From a bacterium (GTDB lineage: Bacteria; UBA10199; 2-02-FULL-44-16; JAAZCA01): 64,000 nucleotides of DNA. The stretch lies in assembly GCA_963674695.2 (NCBI GenBank), contig CAXXGI010000002.1, positions 544,001-608,000 on the forward strand, written 5' to 3'. The position numbers were made by a program, and so were the translations under genes. This document shows positions 21,241-29,250 of this stretch, in pieces (the first letter of the stretch is position 1; every line of letters starts with the position of its first letter). The notes beneath the pieces are model-generated. The model had not been told where the DNA came from, made no database searches, and saw only the letters and a list, made by a program, of their open reading frames with translations.

Positions 21241-21756
21241 TCTATACGTTCCCATCATCTCTGTCTGCGCCAGAATGCGATCTTTCATCGCGTGTTTGAG
21301 CATTCCCTTGTTGGCTTTCTTGGGGAGTGCGAGCAGGCGATCGAGCGCATAGAGCTTGAAGTAGTAACGGTGTTTTCCGCCCGGCGGGCAGGGGCCGCTA
21401 TAGCCGTATTTGCGGGAATCGTTCAAGCCCTGCTCGCTTTCATCCGGAAGTTTTTCCGTCGGTGCGATCTTCTCGGCAAGCCCGGTTGCGGTTGCCGGGA
21501 TATTCCAGATGACCCAGTGCACCCAGACGCCCATCGGCGCGTCCGGATCGTCGGCGATGAGCGCAAAACTCTTTGTCTTTTTTGGCGCACCGCTCCAGGT
21601 AAACGCCGGCGAGATGTTTGCCCCGTCGCAGGTATACTGCGCCGGAATCGGCGCGCCGTTCGTAAATGCGGGGCTCGTGAGTTCCAAGGCCATGGCATCT
21701 CCTCCCATGATAGCGGTGATGAGAACGATCGTTGCGACGATAAGGGTCCGTTTCAT
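21229..21756 (-). CDS. YbhB/YbcL family (PEBP / Raf kinase inhibitor-like) protein, secreted
   Basis: Signal-like N-terminus; motifs DPDAP, WVHWVIWNIP, GYSGPCPP, HRYYFKLYALD. Confidence 0.95.
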   Translation of the reverse strand: MKRTLIVATIVLITAIMGGDAMALELTSPAFTNGAPIPAQYTCDGANISPAFTWSGAPKKTKSFALIADDPDAPMGVWVHWVIWNIPATATGLAEKIAPTEKLPDESEQGLNDSRKYGYSGPCPPGGKHRYYFKLYALDRLLALPKKANKGMLKHAMKDRILAQTEMMGTYRRKR

Positions 21757-21771
21757 AGATTCCCTCCGAGG

Positions 21772-22620
21772 TTAGGTTTTGAGCGTTTCAGCCAAATGTA
21801 CATATTCCTCGATCGTGAGCGTCTCCGGGCGGCGGCGGGGATCGATCTGGCACGCGGCCAGCGCTTCGTCGATCGCGTCTGCCGATGCCCCGAGCGAGCG
21901 GTTTCCCATCAGGGCATTGCGGATCGTCTTGCGACGTTTGCCGAAAGCGGCCTTCACCACGGTGCGAAACTGCGCTTCGTCGGCGATGCCGTCGTCTCCC
22001 GTTCGAAAATCGATGCATACGATACTCGAGGTGACCTCCGGCGGGGGGAGAAAACTCTTGGCAGAGACATCGAAGAGGCGACGGACATCCGCGTGTGCTT
22101 GCAGCAGCACTGAGGGGATGCCGTAATCCTTCGTGCCGGGGGAAGCGGCGAGACGCAGCGCCACCTCCTTCTGGACCATGATGATCGCTCGATCGATCAG
22201 CTGGCGTGCGTCGAGCATCCAAAAGATGATTGGCGAGGAGATGTTGTAGGGCAGATTGCCTAAGATCTTGAGACCGTGAACCGTGAACCGTGAACCGTGA
22301 ACGATAACCTTCAGATCGCATTTCAGGATGTCGGCATGTATCCAATCGATGTTGTCGCGGTCGCCGAATTCCTCCTGGGCGATGGCCAAAAGGGCTTCGT
22401 CGCGGTCGATGGCTATCACCCGTCGGGCCTGTTCCGCCGCGAGGCTCGTCATGAGTCCCAAACCGGGGCCGATCTCGACGACCGTATCGTCTTCGTTGAT
22501 TTCAAGCGCGTCGACGATCTTGCGCATCGTGGGCATCGGCGTCAGAAAGTTCTGCCCGAGGCGCTTTTTCGGGCGGATGCCGTGTTTCGCGAGCAGCGAT
22601 TGAATGGAGGGAAGTGACAT
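21772..22620 (-). CDS. rsmA: 16S rRNA adenine dimethyltransferase RsmA/KsgA
   Basis: KKRLGQNFL, VEIGPGLG, GNLPYNIS, MVQKEVA, RRKTIRN motifs. Confidence 0.97.
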   Translation of the reverse strand: MSLPSIQSLLAKHGIRPKKRLGQNFLTPMPTMRKIVDALEINEDDTVVEIGPGLGLMTSLAAEQARRVIAIDRDEALLAIAQEEFGDRDNIDWIHADILKCDLKVIVHGSRFTVHGLKILGNLPYNISSPIIFWMLDARQLIDRAIIMVQKEVALRLAASPGTKDYGIPSVLLQAHADVRRLFDVSAKSFLPPPEVTSSIVCIDFRTGDDGIADEAQFRTVVKAAFGKRRKTIRNALMGNRSLGASADAIDEALAACQIDPRRRPETLTIEEYVHLAETLKT

Positions 22621-22630
22621 AAGGACTCGT

Positions 22631-22760
22631 GGGCACCTCTAAAAACTCAACTATTGATGCCACCTCCCGGGGAAAATGGAGATCTTTTTTCCGATACCCC
22701 TGTAAAAAAGATCTCCATTTTTCCCTCGCGTTGGCACATCATAGGTTTTTAGAGGTGCCC
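22631..22760. mobile_element. MITE-like palindromic element with 16-bp terminal inverted repeats
   Basis: GGGCACCTCTAAAAAC (22631-22646) and GTTTTTAGAGGTGCCC (22745-22760) enclose an internal hairpin; near-identical ends occur at 51907-52009. Confidence 0.65.
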
Positions 22761-22778
22761 ATAAATCCATGGTCGGTA

Positions 22779-23804
22779 TTAAAGGCCGATTTCCTGATTG
22801 GCCGTCACCCCGAGCGTCAGGGGGCTGGTTTCGCCGCGCGCAAGGCGCAGCATTCCCACATGCGCAATCATTGCGGCGTTGTCGGTGCACAGCGCCATCG
22901 GCGGAATGACGGCACGGATGCCGGCGGCCTGGGCTTTGTCCGCAAGCCGTTGCCGCAGCTGCCGGTTTGCCGCGACGCCGCCGGCGAGCACCACCGTCTT
23001 CGCACCGTGCGCGGTGGCTGCTTCGATCACCTTGTCCACGAGAATGCGAACGACTGCCTCCTGAAAGCTGGCGGCGAGATCGCAGACGAAGGCCTCCTGC
23101 TCTCCCGGGTCGTTCGTCGTTGTTTGTGCCTGCTTCTTGTGGAGCAACAGGACGGCCGTCTTGATGCCGGAAAAGCTGAAGTCGAAGGGAGAAGCATCGC
23201 GAAATTTCGGCGGGGTGAAACGGAAGGCCAAAGGATTCCCGCGCTCAGCCGCGCGATCGATGGCCGGACCGCCCGGATATCCCAGACCCAGAAGCTTGGC
23301 TACCTTGTCGAACGCCTCGCCTGCGGCATCGTCGCGCGTGGCGCCGAGGAGTTGGTAGTCGCCAAATCCATGGACGAGATAGAGGCTCGTGTGTCCGCCG
23401 CTGACGACCAATCCCACATATGGTGCGACGATATCATCGCACTCGAGCGCGGCCGCATTCAAGTGCCCCTCGAGATGATTCACGCCGATGAGCGGGAGTC
23501 CTTGCGCGAACGCGATCCCCTTGGCCGCGGCCAGTCCCACGAGCAGCGAGCCGGCTAACCCCGGTGCATAGGTGACGGCGATGCCATCTAAGTCGGCGAA
23601 GGTCATCTGCGCATCGGCGAGTGCTCCTTCGATGACCGGAACGATGTTCTCGAGGTGACGGCGCGAGGCGAGCTCGGGCACGACGCCGCCGAAGCGTTCA
23701 TGCACGTCGTGCTGGGTGGCGATGATGGAGGAGCGGATTGTTCCGTTCTCGACGATGGCGGCGGCGGTTTCGTCGCACGATGATTCGATGCCGAGGATGC
23801 GCAT
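22779..23804 (-). CDS. tsaD: tRNA N6-adenosine threonylcarbamoyltransferase TsaD
   Basis: ILGIESSCDETAAA, GGVVPELASRRH, HLEGH, VSGGHT, DDAAGEAFDK, CTDNAAMIA. Confidence 0.98.
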   Translation of the reverse strand: MRILGIESSCDETAAAIVENGTIRSSIIATQHDVHERFGGVVPELASRRHLENIVPVIEGALADAQMTFADLDGIAVTYAPGLAGSLLVGLAAAKGIAFAQGLPLIGVNHLEGHLNAAALECDDIVAPYVGLVVSGGHTSLYLVHGFGDYQLLGATRDDAAGEAFDKVAKLLGLGYPGGPAIDRAAERGNPLAFRFTPPKFRDASPFDFSFSGIKTAVLLLHKKQAQTTTNDPGEQEAFVCDLAASFQEAVVRILVDKVIEAATAHGAKTVVLAGGVAANRQLRQRLADKAQAAGIRAVIPPMALCTDNAAMIAHVGMLRLARGETSPLTLGVTANQEIGL

Positions 23805-24703
23805 CAGAACTCCCGATCCGGGATATAGGTAGAATCAGCGTCGGTCTTTTCTTCGGATTTCTTTTTCGATGCTCCATTCATGCGACCCTGGCGTTGCTGA
23901 ATGGTCTCCGTCGGATAGGAGGTCAGCCCCCCGGTGGCGCCAGCTGCGGTGGCTTCGCGATCCTTGATGCGTTCCAGTCGCACCTTGGCCTGATCAGCTG
24001 CGGCACTCGAGGGATATTCCTTGATCGCCTTCTCATAGAACGCCTTCGATTCTTCGGCCATCCCCAGTTCATAGAAGGAGTTTCCCTGCTTGAGCAGGGC
24101 GTCGCCTATCTTTGGGCTGCGGCGGTTGCCCTCGATGAAGGTTTGATATTCCTTGATCGCGCGTCGATAGTCGCGCACGCCATAGAAACATTCGGCGATC
24201 CAGAGCTGTGCGCTTCCCGCATGCTGGCTCTTCGGATATTTATTGCGAAAGCGTTGAAAGGTTGCGGCTGCCTCGAGGTATTTCGATTGGTTCACGAGGT
24301 CGAGCCCCTTTTGATAAAGGGCGATCTCGCTTGCTGCGGCCGGTGCCACCTTGCCCAAGGCCTTGGTCAACTGTGCGGAGAACATTTCGAGGCGTTCCTC
24401 GATCGATTGAATGCGGTGGTCGAGTTCCGTAATGACGCGCATGAGTTCGTCGCTCTGCTTTTGCAGGAGATGGGTGTTTCCCTTCACCTGACCCTTGAGC
24501 GTCGCGAAATCCTGTTGCACGCCTTCGGAGCGCGAAATGGTTGAGGCGACGCGCTGGTTGTTCTGCAGATAGGTCTTTTGGATTTCCTGGATACGATTTT
24601 CCAGTTCGCGAATACGCTTGGCCTCATCGGAGGCTGCGGGCGCAGGGCGAGCGCTCAACAGCAGGAGACTGGCGACGACGAGAAGGGTGAATACCTGTTT
24701 CAT
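23804..24703 (-). CDS. cpoB: Tol-Pal system protein CpoB/YbgF (coiled coil + TPR)
   Basis: Signal peptide, coiled coil, TPR motifs (YPKSQHAGSAQLWIAECFY, DALLKQG); lies directly downstream of pal. Stop overlaps the tsaD start (TGATG). Confidence 0.88.
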   Translation of the reverse strand: MKQVFTLLVVASLLLLSARPAPAASDEAKRIRELENRIQEIQKTYLQNNQRVASTISRSEGVQQDFATLKGQVKGNTHLLQKQSDELMRVITELDHRIQSIEERLEMFSAQLTKALGKVAPAAASEIALYQKGLDLVNQSKYLEAAATFQRFRNKYPKSQHAGSAQLWIAECFYGVRDYRRAIKEYQTFIEGNRRSPKIGDALLKQGNSFYELGMAEESKAFYEKAIKEYPSSAAADQAKVRLERIKDREATAAGATGGLTSYPTETIQQRQGRMNGASKKKSEEKTDADSTYIPDREF

Positions 24704-24782
24704 GAATCCTCCGAAGGGGTCGGTTTGATCGGATCTTCCTCGAGTTCCCTCAGTACAGGGGGAGAATACTGAATTCCACTAT

Positions 24783-24821
24783 AAAACACAAAGACGCGCT
24801 CCTCCAGAGAAGGAGCGCGTC
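24783..24821 (-). terminator. Intrinsic terminator after pal
   Basis: 11-bp stem GACGCGCTCCT/AGGAGCGCGTC followed by a T-rich tract on the minus strand. Confidence 0.7.
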
Positions 24822-24858
24822 CCGATGTGTTCAATCATTTCCTGCGCCGTGCGGATGA

Positions 24859-25284
24859 TCAGCGAGCCACAAAGTCATCGCGGCGATTCTGCCACCAGCA
24901 GCTCTCGTTGTGCTGTGTGCACAGCGGGCGCTCCTTACCGTAGCTGATTGTGCTCAGGCGGCTGTCGGGAATGCCCAAGTTCATCATATAGCTCTTGGCC
25001 GACTTCGCACGACGATCACCCAGGGCGATGTTGTACTCGACCGAGCCGCGCTCGTCGCAATTGCCCTCGATGGTGACGGTGGTGCTTGCGTTGGCCTGCA
25101 TCCAGGCGGCATTTGCGCGCAGAACTGGCTCGTACTCGGCCTTGACGTTCGAGCGGTCAAAGTCGAAATGGACACGCTGCAGACCCGCGGCCGGCTTGGC
25201 GACCGGCTTTTTCTGCTGCTGTGCACACCCAAAAACCATGCCGGCACAAATGACCGCTACCACTGCTAACGACAGTCTCTTCAT
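24859..25284 (-). CDS. pal: Peptidoglycan-associated lipoprotein Pal (OmpA-like)
   Basis: Start reassigned to ATG 25284 (MKRLSLAVV, RBS AAGGAGG). Lipobox VFGC; VHFDFD, IEGNCDERGSVEYNIALGDRRA, ISYGKERP, NRR. Confidence 0.95.
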   Translation of the reverse strand: MKRLSLAVVAVICAGMVFGCAQQQKKPVAKPAAGLQRVHFDFDRSNVKAEYEPVLRANAAWMQANASTTVTIEGNCDERGSVEYNIALGDRRAKSAKSYMMNLGIPDSRLSTISYGKERPLCTQHNESCWWQNRRDDFVAR

Positions 25285-25354
25285 GACTTCCCTCCTTGGA
25301 AAAGTTGAAATTCCTGAATGATATGAATGAGATCCTTCCCCCGTAGTATTTATA

Positions 25355-25383
25355 AGGTTACGGGAGCCCCCCCCAGTTGTCAA
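25355..25383 (-). promoter_or_regulatory. Sigma-70 promoter of pal
   Basis: Minus strand reads TTGACA-N17-TAACCT; the spacer contains a G8 run. Confidence 0.65.
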
Positions 25384-25444
25384 GTCTGGATTGCATGTTT
25401 TATAGCTTCGCAGGCGGGTAGGGAGGCGTGAAACGAACGGGTTC

Positions 25445-25669
25445 TTAGCGATGCGAGCAGGTGCCGCCAGCACAGCAGCTTCCGGGCGTGGTGCAGCTCT
25501 CACACGCTTCGGGCGCCTTTGGCGACCCACCATGTGCGGCAAACGTCGAGAGGAGCTTGTGGAGCTCTGTGCTTCCGCAGGAGGGGCATTGTGGACCGGT
25601 ATCGCTCGTGCGCATCAGCAATTCGCAGCGTTTCCCGCAGCTGCGGCATTCATATTCATAGAGGGGCAT
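25445..25669 (-). CDS. FmdB family zinc-ribbon protein
   Basis: MPLYEYECRSCG...CPSCGS.EL.KLLS.F; start at ATG 25669 (74 aa). Confidence 0.9.
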   Translation of the reverse strand: MPLYEYECRSCGKRCELLMRTSDTGPQCPSCGSTELHKLLSTFAAHGGSPKAPEACESCTTPGSCCAGGTCSHR

Positions 25670-25842
25670 AGGGCGTCTCCTTGGCTCGCCATATGCGTCG
25701 TTTTGGGGGCGACTGTCAATTTGTTCGCAGCGATGAGGGGAGTGTTCTTGTAATGCGCTGAAATATATGGAGAAATATGGTGTATGCCGGGCGGGTGCGG
25801 CGATTCTTGCCACCGCATGCGGCATTCGCTAAGCTCTGCTCC

Positions 25843-26223
25843 ATGATCGAGAACCCCCGCATTGCCATCGCCGATCGCTCGCAGTTGGCCGCCAATATCT
25901 ATCAGCTGTTGCTCGTTCCATTTCAGCCGACGCTCGTCGTGCGCCGTCGCTTCGAGGAGTTGCGGCCACACTTCTTTCGGCGTGAGCGCGTGCACCTGGG
26001 GCTTTTTAACTCCAATACCTTTGGCAAGAAGTTCGATGAGATCCTCAAACACCTGACGGAGGATGAACCGCTGCGCCGCGTGAAGAAGGTCTTTCTCTGT
26101 CGAGCGAGCCACGCCGAGGACGAGTGGCGCGAACGTCTCGGTCGCTTGGCAAACAGTACCGTGATCACGCGGCCCTTTCATCCGGCGGAGTTGACACAGT
26201 TGCTGAAGCGGTTGTTGGGGTGA
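25843..26223 (+). CDS. Degenerate (pseudo) response-regulator receiver domain protein
   Basis: REC-like pattern RIAIADRS...LGLFNS...VFLC...ITRPFHPAEL; the phospho-acceptor Asp appears as Asn and the KPF Lys as Arg. Confidence 0.6.
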   Translation: MIENPRIAIADRSQLAANIYQLLLVPFQPTLVVRRRFEELRPHFFRRERVHLGLFNSNTFGKKFDEILKHLTEDEPLRRVKKVFLCRASHAEDEWRERLGRLANSTVITRPFHPAELTQLLKRLLG

Positions 26224-26239
26224 GGGGTGAAGGAGCAAT

Positions 26240-26587
26240 ATGACGATGGCACCGCCGGAAAAACGCATCCATCAGCGTCGGCCCTATCGCACCGAGGTCG
26301 TCTTCGAGGACGAGTTCGGCGACGGTCTCTTCTATGTGCATTCCGAAGACGTGAGCGCGGGTGGGCTCTATCTCGCCGCCGACATTCCCGTGCGGATGGG
26401 GACGCTGCTCTTCCTCTCCTTTGTCTTGCCCGGTCACAAGCGTCCGCTGCGCGTCACGGGCGAGGTGGTGCGCTGCATTCCCGGTCAGGAGGATCGGCCG
26501 GCCGGCATGGGCGTGCGTTTTGTGGGGCTCTCGGAGCTGGCGTGCAAACGCCTCGATGAGTTCTTAGATCAGACCATAGACCATTGA
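26240..26587 (+). CDS. PilZ-domain protein (c-di-GMP binding)
   Basis: RxxxR (RIHQR), DxSxxG (DVSAGG) and GEVVR...GMGVRF; RBS AAGGAG. Confidence 0.92.
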   Translation: MTMAPPEKRIHQRRPYRTEVVFEDEFGDGLFYVHSEDVSAGGLYLAADIPVRMGTLLFLSFVLPGHKRPLRVTGEVVRCIPGQEDRPAGMGVRFVGLSELACKRLDEFLDQTIDH

Positions 26588-26676
26588 CCATGATGTTGCC
26601 TGTCATTCCCGCGGAGGCGGGAATGACAACAATCCGCAAAATCGTTTTTTTCGAGCAGACCATCGACTATTGATCG
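26571..26676. repeat. Heptamer repeats (AGACCAT-like) plus a dRS3-like palindrome at 26601-26628
   Basis: agaccatagaccattgaccat; TGTCATTCCCGCGGAGGCGGGAATGACA; agaccatcgactat. Lies between convergent genes. Confidence 0.75.
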
Positions 26677-27422
26677 GGTCGCTCGACGTTTCCAAAAAAT
26701 TCCTTCCAGGGAAAGCGGTCGCCTTTGACGGGGGTCCAGAAAGGTTTTCCGGCGGTGCGCCAAGAGTCCACGGCGATTCCCGTCTCGAAGGGTTTCCCCT
26801 CGGCGGTGATGATCAGCGCGTTGTTCTCACGAAAATCTTTGGGCCAGGCTTCTCCCCAGTGGATATCGAACTGCTTCCAGTCCTTTGTGCCGAGCGCTTC
26901 TCGCAGGTCATCAACATAATGATAGCAGAACCCCTTTTTGCGAAATCCCGTATTGATGAGCACGTTGTGCACGAGTGCGGACACCGCGACGCGGTATTCC
27001 TGTGAGAGGGCGTAGATCGTTTCGATGATGATCTTGGCGATGGCGTCGGCTTCCGCCTGCACCGCAGCCGTCTGGTTGCTTTGGTGGAGGGCGATGAGGT
27101 CGCGCTTGAGGCGGGCGACGGTCTTCCAGAATGTCCGCTCGATGTCCAGTGTGCGCGAGGGGGCAACCGCCTTTCGCTCCTGGCGCGAGAGCCGGAGTCT
27201 TCGATTGTGTTCATAGGCTTGCAGTCGATAGGGGGCGAGCTGCACGGCGAGTTCTTCCCGGCGTTGGTCGAGTTCGTTCACGATCTCTTCCGTCGGTCGT
27301 TCGCGATCGGCGTCGGTGATCGCATAGGTCGGCAGCTGATAGGCCTGCACCGTTCCCGCGAGGCACAGGAGCACGGTCAGGGCGATCGCTCGGATCCAAA
27401 TCTGTCGGATTCGAAAGGGCAT
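26667..27422 (-). CDS. Hypothetical secreted protein
   Basis: 251-aa ORF with a signal-peptide-like N-terminus (AIALTVLLCLAGTVQA); abuts the upstream gene. Confidence 0.75.
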   Translation of the reverse strand: MPFRIRQIWIRAIALTVLLCLAGTVQAYQLPTYAITDADRERPTEEIVNELDQRREELAVQLAPYRLQAYEHNRRLRLSRQERKAVAPSRTLDIERTFWKTVARLKRDLIALHQSNQTAAVQAEADAIAKIIIETIYALSQEYRVAVSALVHNVLINTGFRKKGFCYHYVDDLREALGTKDWKQFDIHWGEAWPKDFRENNALIITAEGKPFETGIAVDSWRTAGKPFWTPVKGDRFPWKEFFGNVERPDQ

Positions 27423-27869
27423 CTATCGGGTTGGCGTCCTGCGGACCAGGCGTTGCTCCAGGGCACTTACCCGTTTCTTGAGGGCCTCGAGTTCGGCTTG
27501 CACCGAGGGGATGCGCTGGATGTTGTCGACGGCGGGTCGGACCTTCTCATCCACGAAGCCACGCACCTGTTCGAACTCATGGGCGCCGCGGGTGAGTATG
27601 TCTTTGAGGGCTTCGCCGCCGCCCTGGATGATTTGACGAAAGGTTCCCAGCGGCAGGACGTTGGTCTTGCGCTTCTGTTCTTCGAAGATGATCTGCGCCA
27701 GCGTGACCGCGCTGAGGTCCTCTTTGGTCGTGTTATCGATGACCTGAATCTCCTCGCCCTGCTTGATCATCTCGCTGATGTCCTCGAGGGTGACGTAGCA
27801 GGAATCGGAGGTATCGTAGAGTTTGCGATTGGCGTAGCGTTTGATGACCTTCGGATGCTTCGTGCTCAT
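27423..27869 (-). CDS. PHA-synthesis-regulator (PhaR-type) DNA-binding domain protein
   Basis: IKRYANRKLYDTSDSCYVTLEDI...DLSAVTLAQIIFE, C-terminal coiled coil; RBS AAGGAGG. Confidence 0.9.
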   Translation of the reverse strand: MSTKHPKVIKRYANRKLYDTSDSCYVTLEDISEMIKQGEEIQVIDNTTKEDLSAVTLAQIIFEEQKRKTNVLPLGTFRQIIQGGGEALKDILTRGAHEFEQVRGFVDEKVRPAVDNIQRIPSVQAELEALKKRVSALEQRLVRRTPTR

Positions 27870-27890
27870 AACTCCTCCTTAACCGAAATT

Positions 27891-27961
27891 TGTCATTCCC
27901 GCGAAAGCGGGAATCTCGCTTTGCACGGTACATCGAGATCCCCGCGTTCGCGGGGATGACA
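27891..27961. repeat. dRS3/REP-like double-hairpin element
   Basis: TGTCATTCCCGCGAAAGCGGGAATCTCG...CGAGATCCCCGCGTTCGCGGGGATGACA; seven related copies in the window. Confidence 0.85.
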
Positions 27962-27990
27962 AAAAAAGGTTTACCATCAATCTCGTCTGG

Positions 27991-28425
27991 CTATTTCTTC
28001 TTTCGCGCGGTTTTCTTTTTCGCGGGTGTCTTCTTCGTTGCCGCCGGTTTTTTCTTCGTCGTGTCCTTTTTCTTCGGGCTGCGTTTTGCTGCTTTTCGTT
28101 TCGGTTTGGCGGCGCGTTCCTCGGCGGTCATCTCGTTTTCGATCGCGTCGAGAACGGAGCTGGCGACATCGCGGGCGACCTTTTCGACGGGCACCACGCG
28201 GGTGATCTCCTGGGCCAACTCGTCGGCCACCTCGATGGCGCGTGAGAAAAAATCGCCCAGGTGTGGGCGTGAGACGGAGGGGGCCGCATATTCGACGTAG
28301 AGCTTGAGAAAGCGCAGCGCCCCCTGCGAGGCGAGGAGAAGTTCCCGTCCGGCGGCGAGGATGTGGCGCTTGGTGGCCTCCATGTCGGGAATGTCATCGA
28401 CAAACGGTTTTCGTTTTGCAGTCAT
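27991..28425 (-). CDS. Hypothetical protein with Lys/Ala-rich histone-like C-terminal tail
   Basis: Start reassigned to ATG 28425 (RBS GGAGG). Helical body, then AAKPKRKAAKRSPKKKDTTKKKPAATKKTPAKKK. Confidence 0.8.
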   Translation of the reverse strand: MTAKRKPFVDDIPDMEATKRHILAAGRELLLASQGALRFLKLYVEYAAPSVSRPHLGDFFSRAIEVADELAQEITRVVPVEKVARDVASSVLDAIENEMTAEERAAKPKRKAAKRSPKKKDTTKKKPAATKKTPAKKKTARKKK

Positions 28426-28547
28426 GATCGGTTCCTCCGAAAGAGACGGTGCCCTTCGCGGGCGAAGACGATGCACCCCGCTGTGGCGAAGACGAAGAGT
28501 CCGTCGAGCAGGGTGAAATGGGTGATGAATTCGTTCCACGTTGGCAT
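28422..28547 (-). CDS. Putative small membrane protein (41 aa), below the ORF-track cutoff
   Basis: MPTWNEFITHFTLLDGLFVFATAGCIVFAREGHRLFRRNRS; GGTGGA upstream; stop overlaps the next start (ATGA). Confidence 0.55.
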   Translation of the reverse strand: MPTWNEFITHFTLLDGLFVFATAGCIVFAREGHRLFRRNRS

Positions 28548-28679
28548 AGGGTCCACCTAGCATGTCTGCGTCATGAATGTCCAACCCTTTCCAAGGAGTA
28601 TATATGAAATAAGGAATAATATCAATGGGATATAATGTGGCTTTCTTTATGACATCATCGGGGCGCGTCATGATTATTC

Positions 28680-29105
28680 TTATTTTCGCGTGCCGGAGAA
28701 GGCGTTGACCGGCGTGGGATCCCGGTCGCGATGATGGAGGGTGATGAGGATCACGTTGACGTGCGCGAGAAAGATGAAGATCGCGGCGACGATCCAGAGC
28801 GGGAGCGCGCGTGGGCTTATGAGGAGCCAGATGCCCGCGAGCGTGAGGAGGTAACCGAGGGGAACGACCGCCTTGGTGAACTGCAGCTCGATGCCGGAGC
28901 CGTGCGGGGCATCGCGGTAGAAGCGCTTCGTGGCGCAGATTCGCAAAAAAACGTAGAGCAGGGCGACGAGGGCGACGGCGATGATGTTCGCGGTCGAGGG
29001 ATTTTGCGCGAGCAGGTGCACGCTTCCGACCGTGGCCAGGATGAGGCCCAGCACCTCCATGAGGCGAACCATCACTGCGTTGCGATGAAAGAAGAATGTG
29101 AGCAT
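28680..29105 (-). CDS. Hypothetical integral membrane protein (~4 TM)
   Basis: 141-aa ORF with four hydrophobic segments. Confidence 0.8.
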   Translation of the reverse strand: MLTFFFHRNAVMVRLMEVLGLILATVGSVHLLAQNPSTANIIAVALVALLYVFLRICATKRFYRDAPHGSGIELQFTKAVVPLGYLLTLAGIWLLISPRALPLWIVAAIFIFLAHVNVILITLHHRDRDPTPVNAFSGTRK

Positions 29106-29108
29106 ATT

Positions 29109-29203
29109 CGTGAACCGTGAACCGTGAACCGTGAACCGTGAACCGTGAACCGTGAACCGTGAACCGTGAACCGTGAACCGTGAACCGTGAACCGTGAACC
29201 GTG
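29109..29203. repeat. Perfect heptamer tandem repeat (CGTGAAC)x13
   Basis: 13 exact units plus CGTG; degenerate inverted copies follow at ~29225-29255. Confidence 0.97.
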
Positions 29204-29204
29204 C

Positions 29205-29213
29205 ATTATAACA
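29205..29213 (-). promoter_or_regulatory. Extended -10 promoter (TGnTATAAT)
   Basis: Minus strand reads TGTTATAAT immediately before the repeat array and the membrane-protein gene. Confidence 0.5.
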
Positions 29214-29250
29214 TGGTCGTGCTTGCTGTTCACCGTTTACGGTTCACCGT

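Noticed and set aside
21178-22113. 311-aa plus-strand ORF as a continuation of the giant gene
   Set aside because: Antisense to the ybhB-like gene and rsmA; it supplies no convincing TM anchor.
29109-29203. Possible CRISPR array
   Set aside because: Contiguous 7-bp units with no spacers, and no cas genes in the window.
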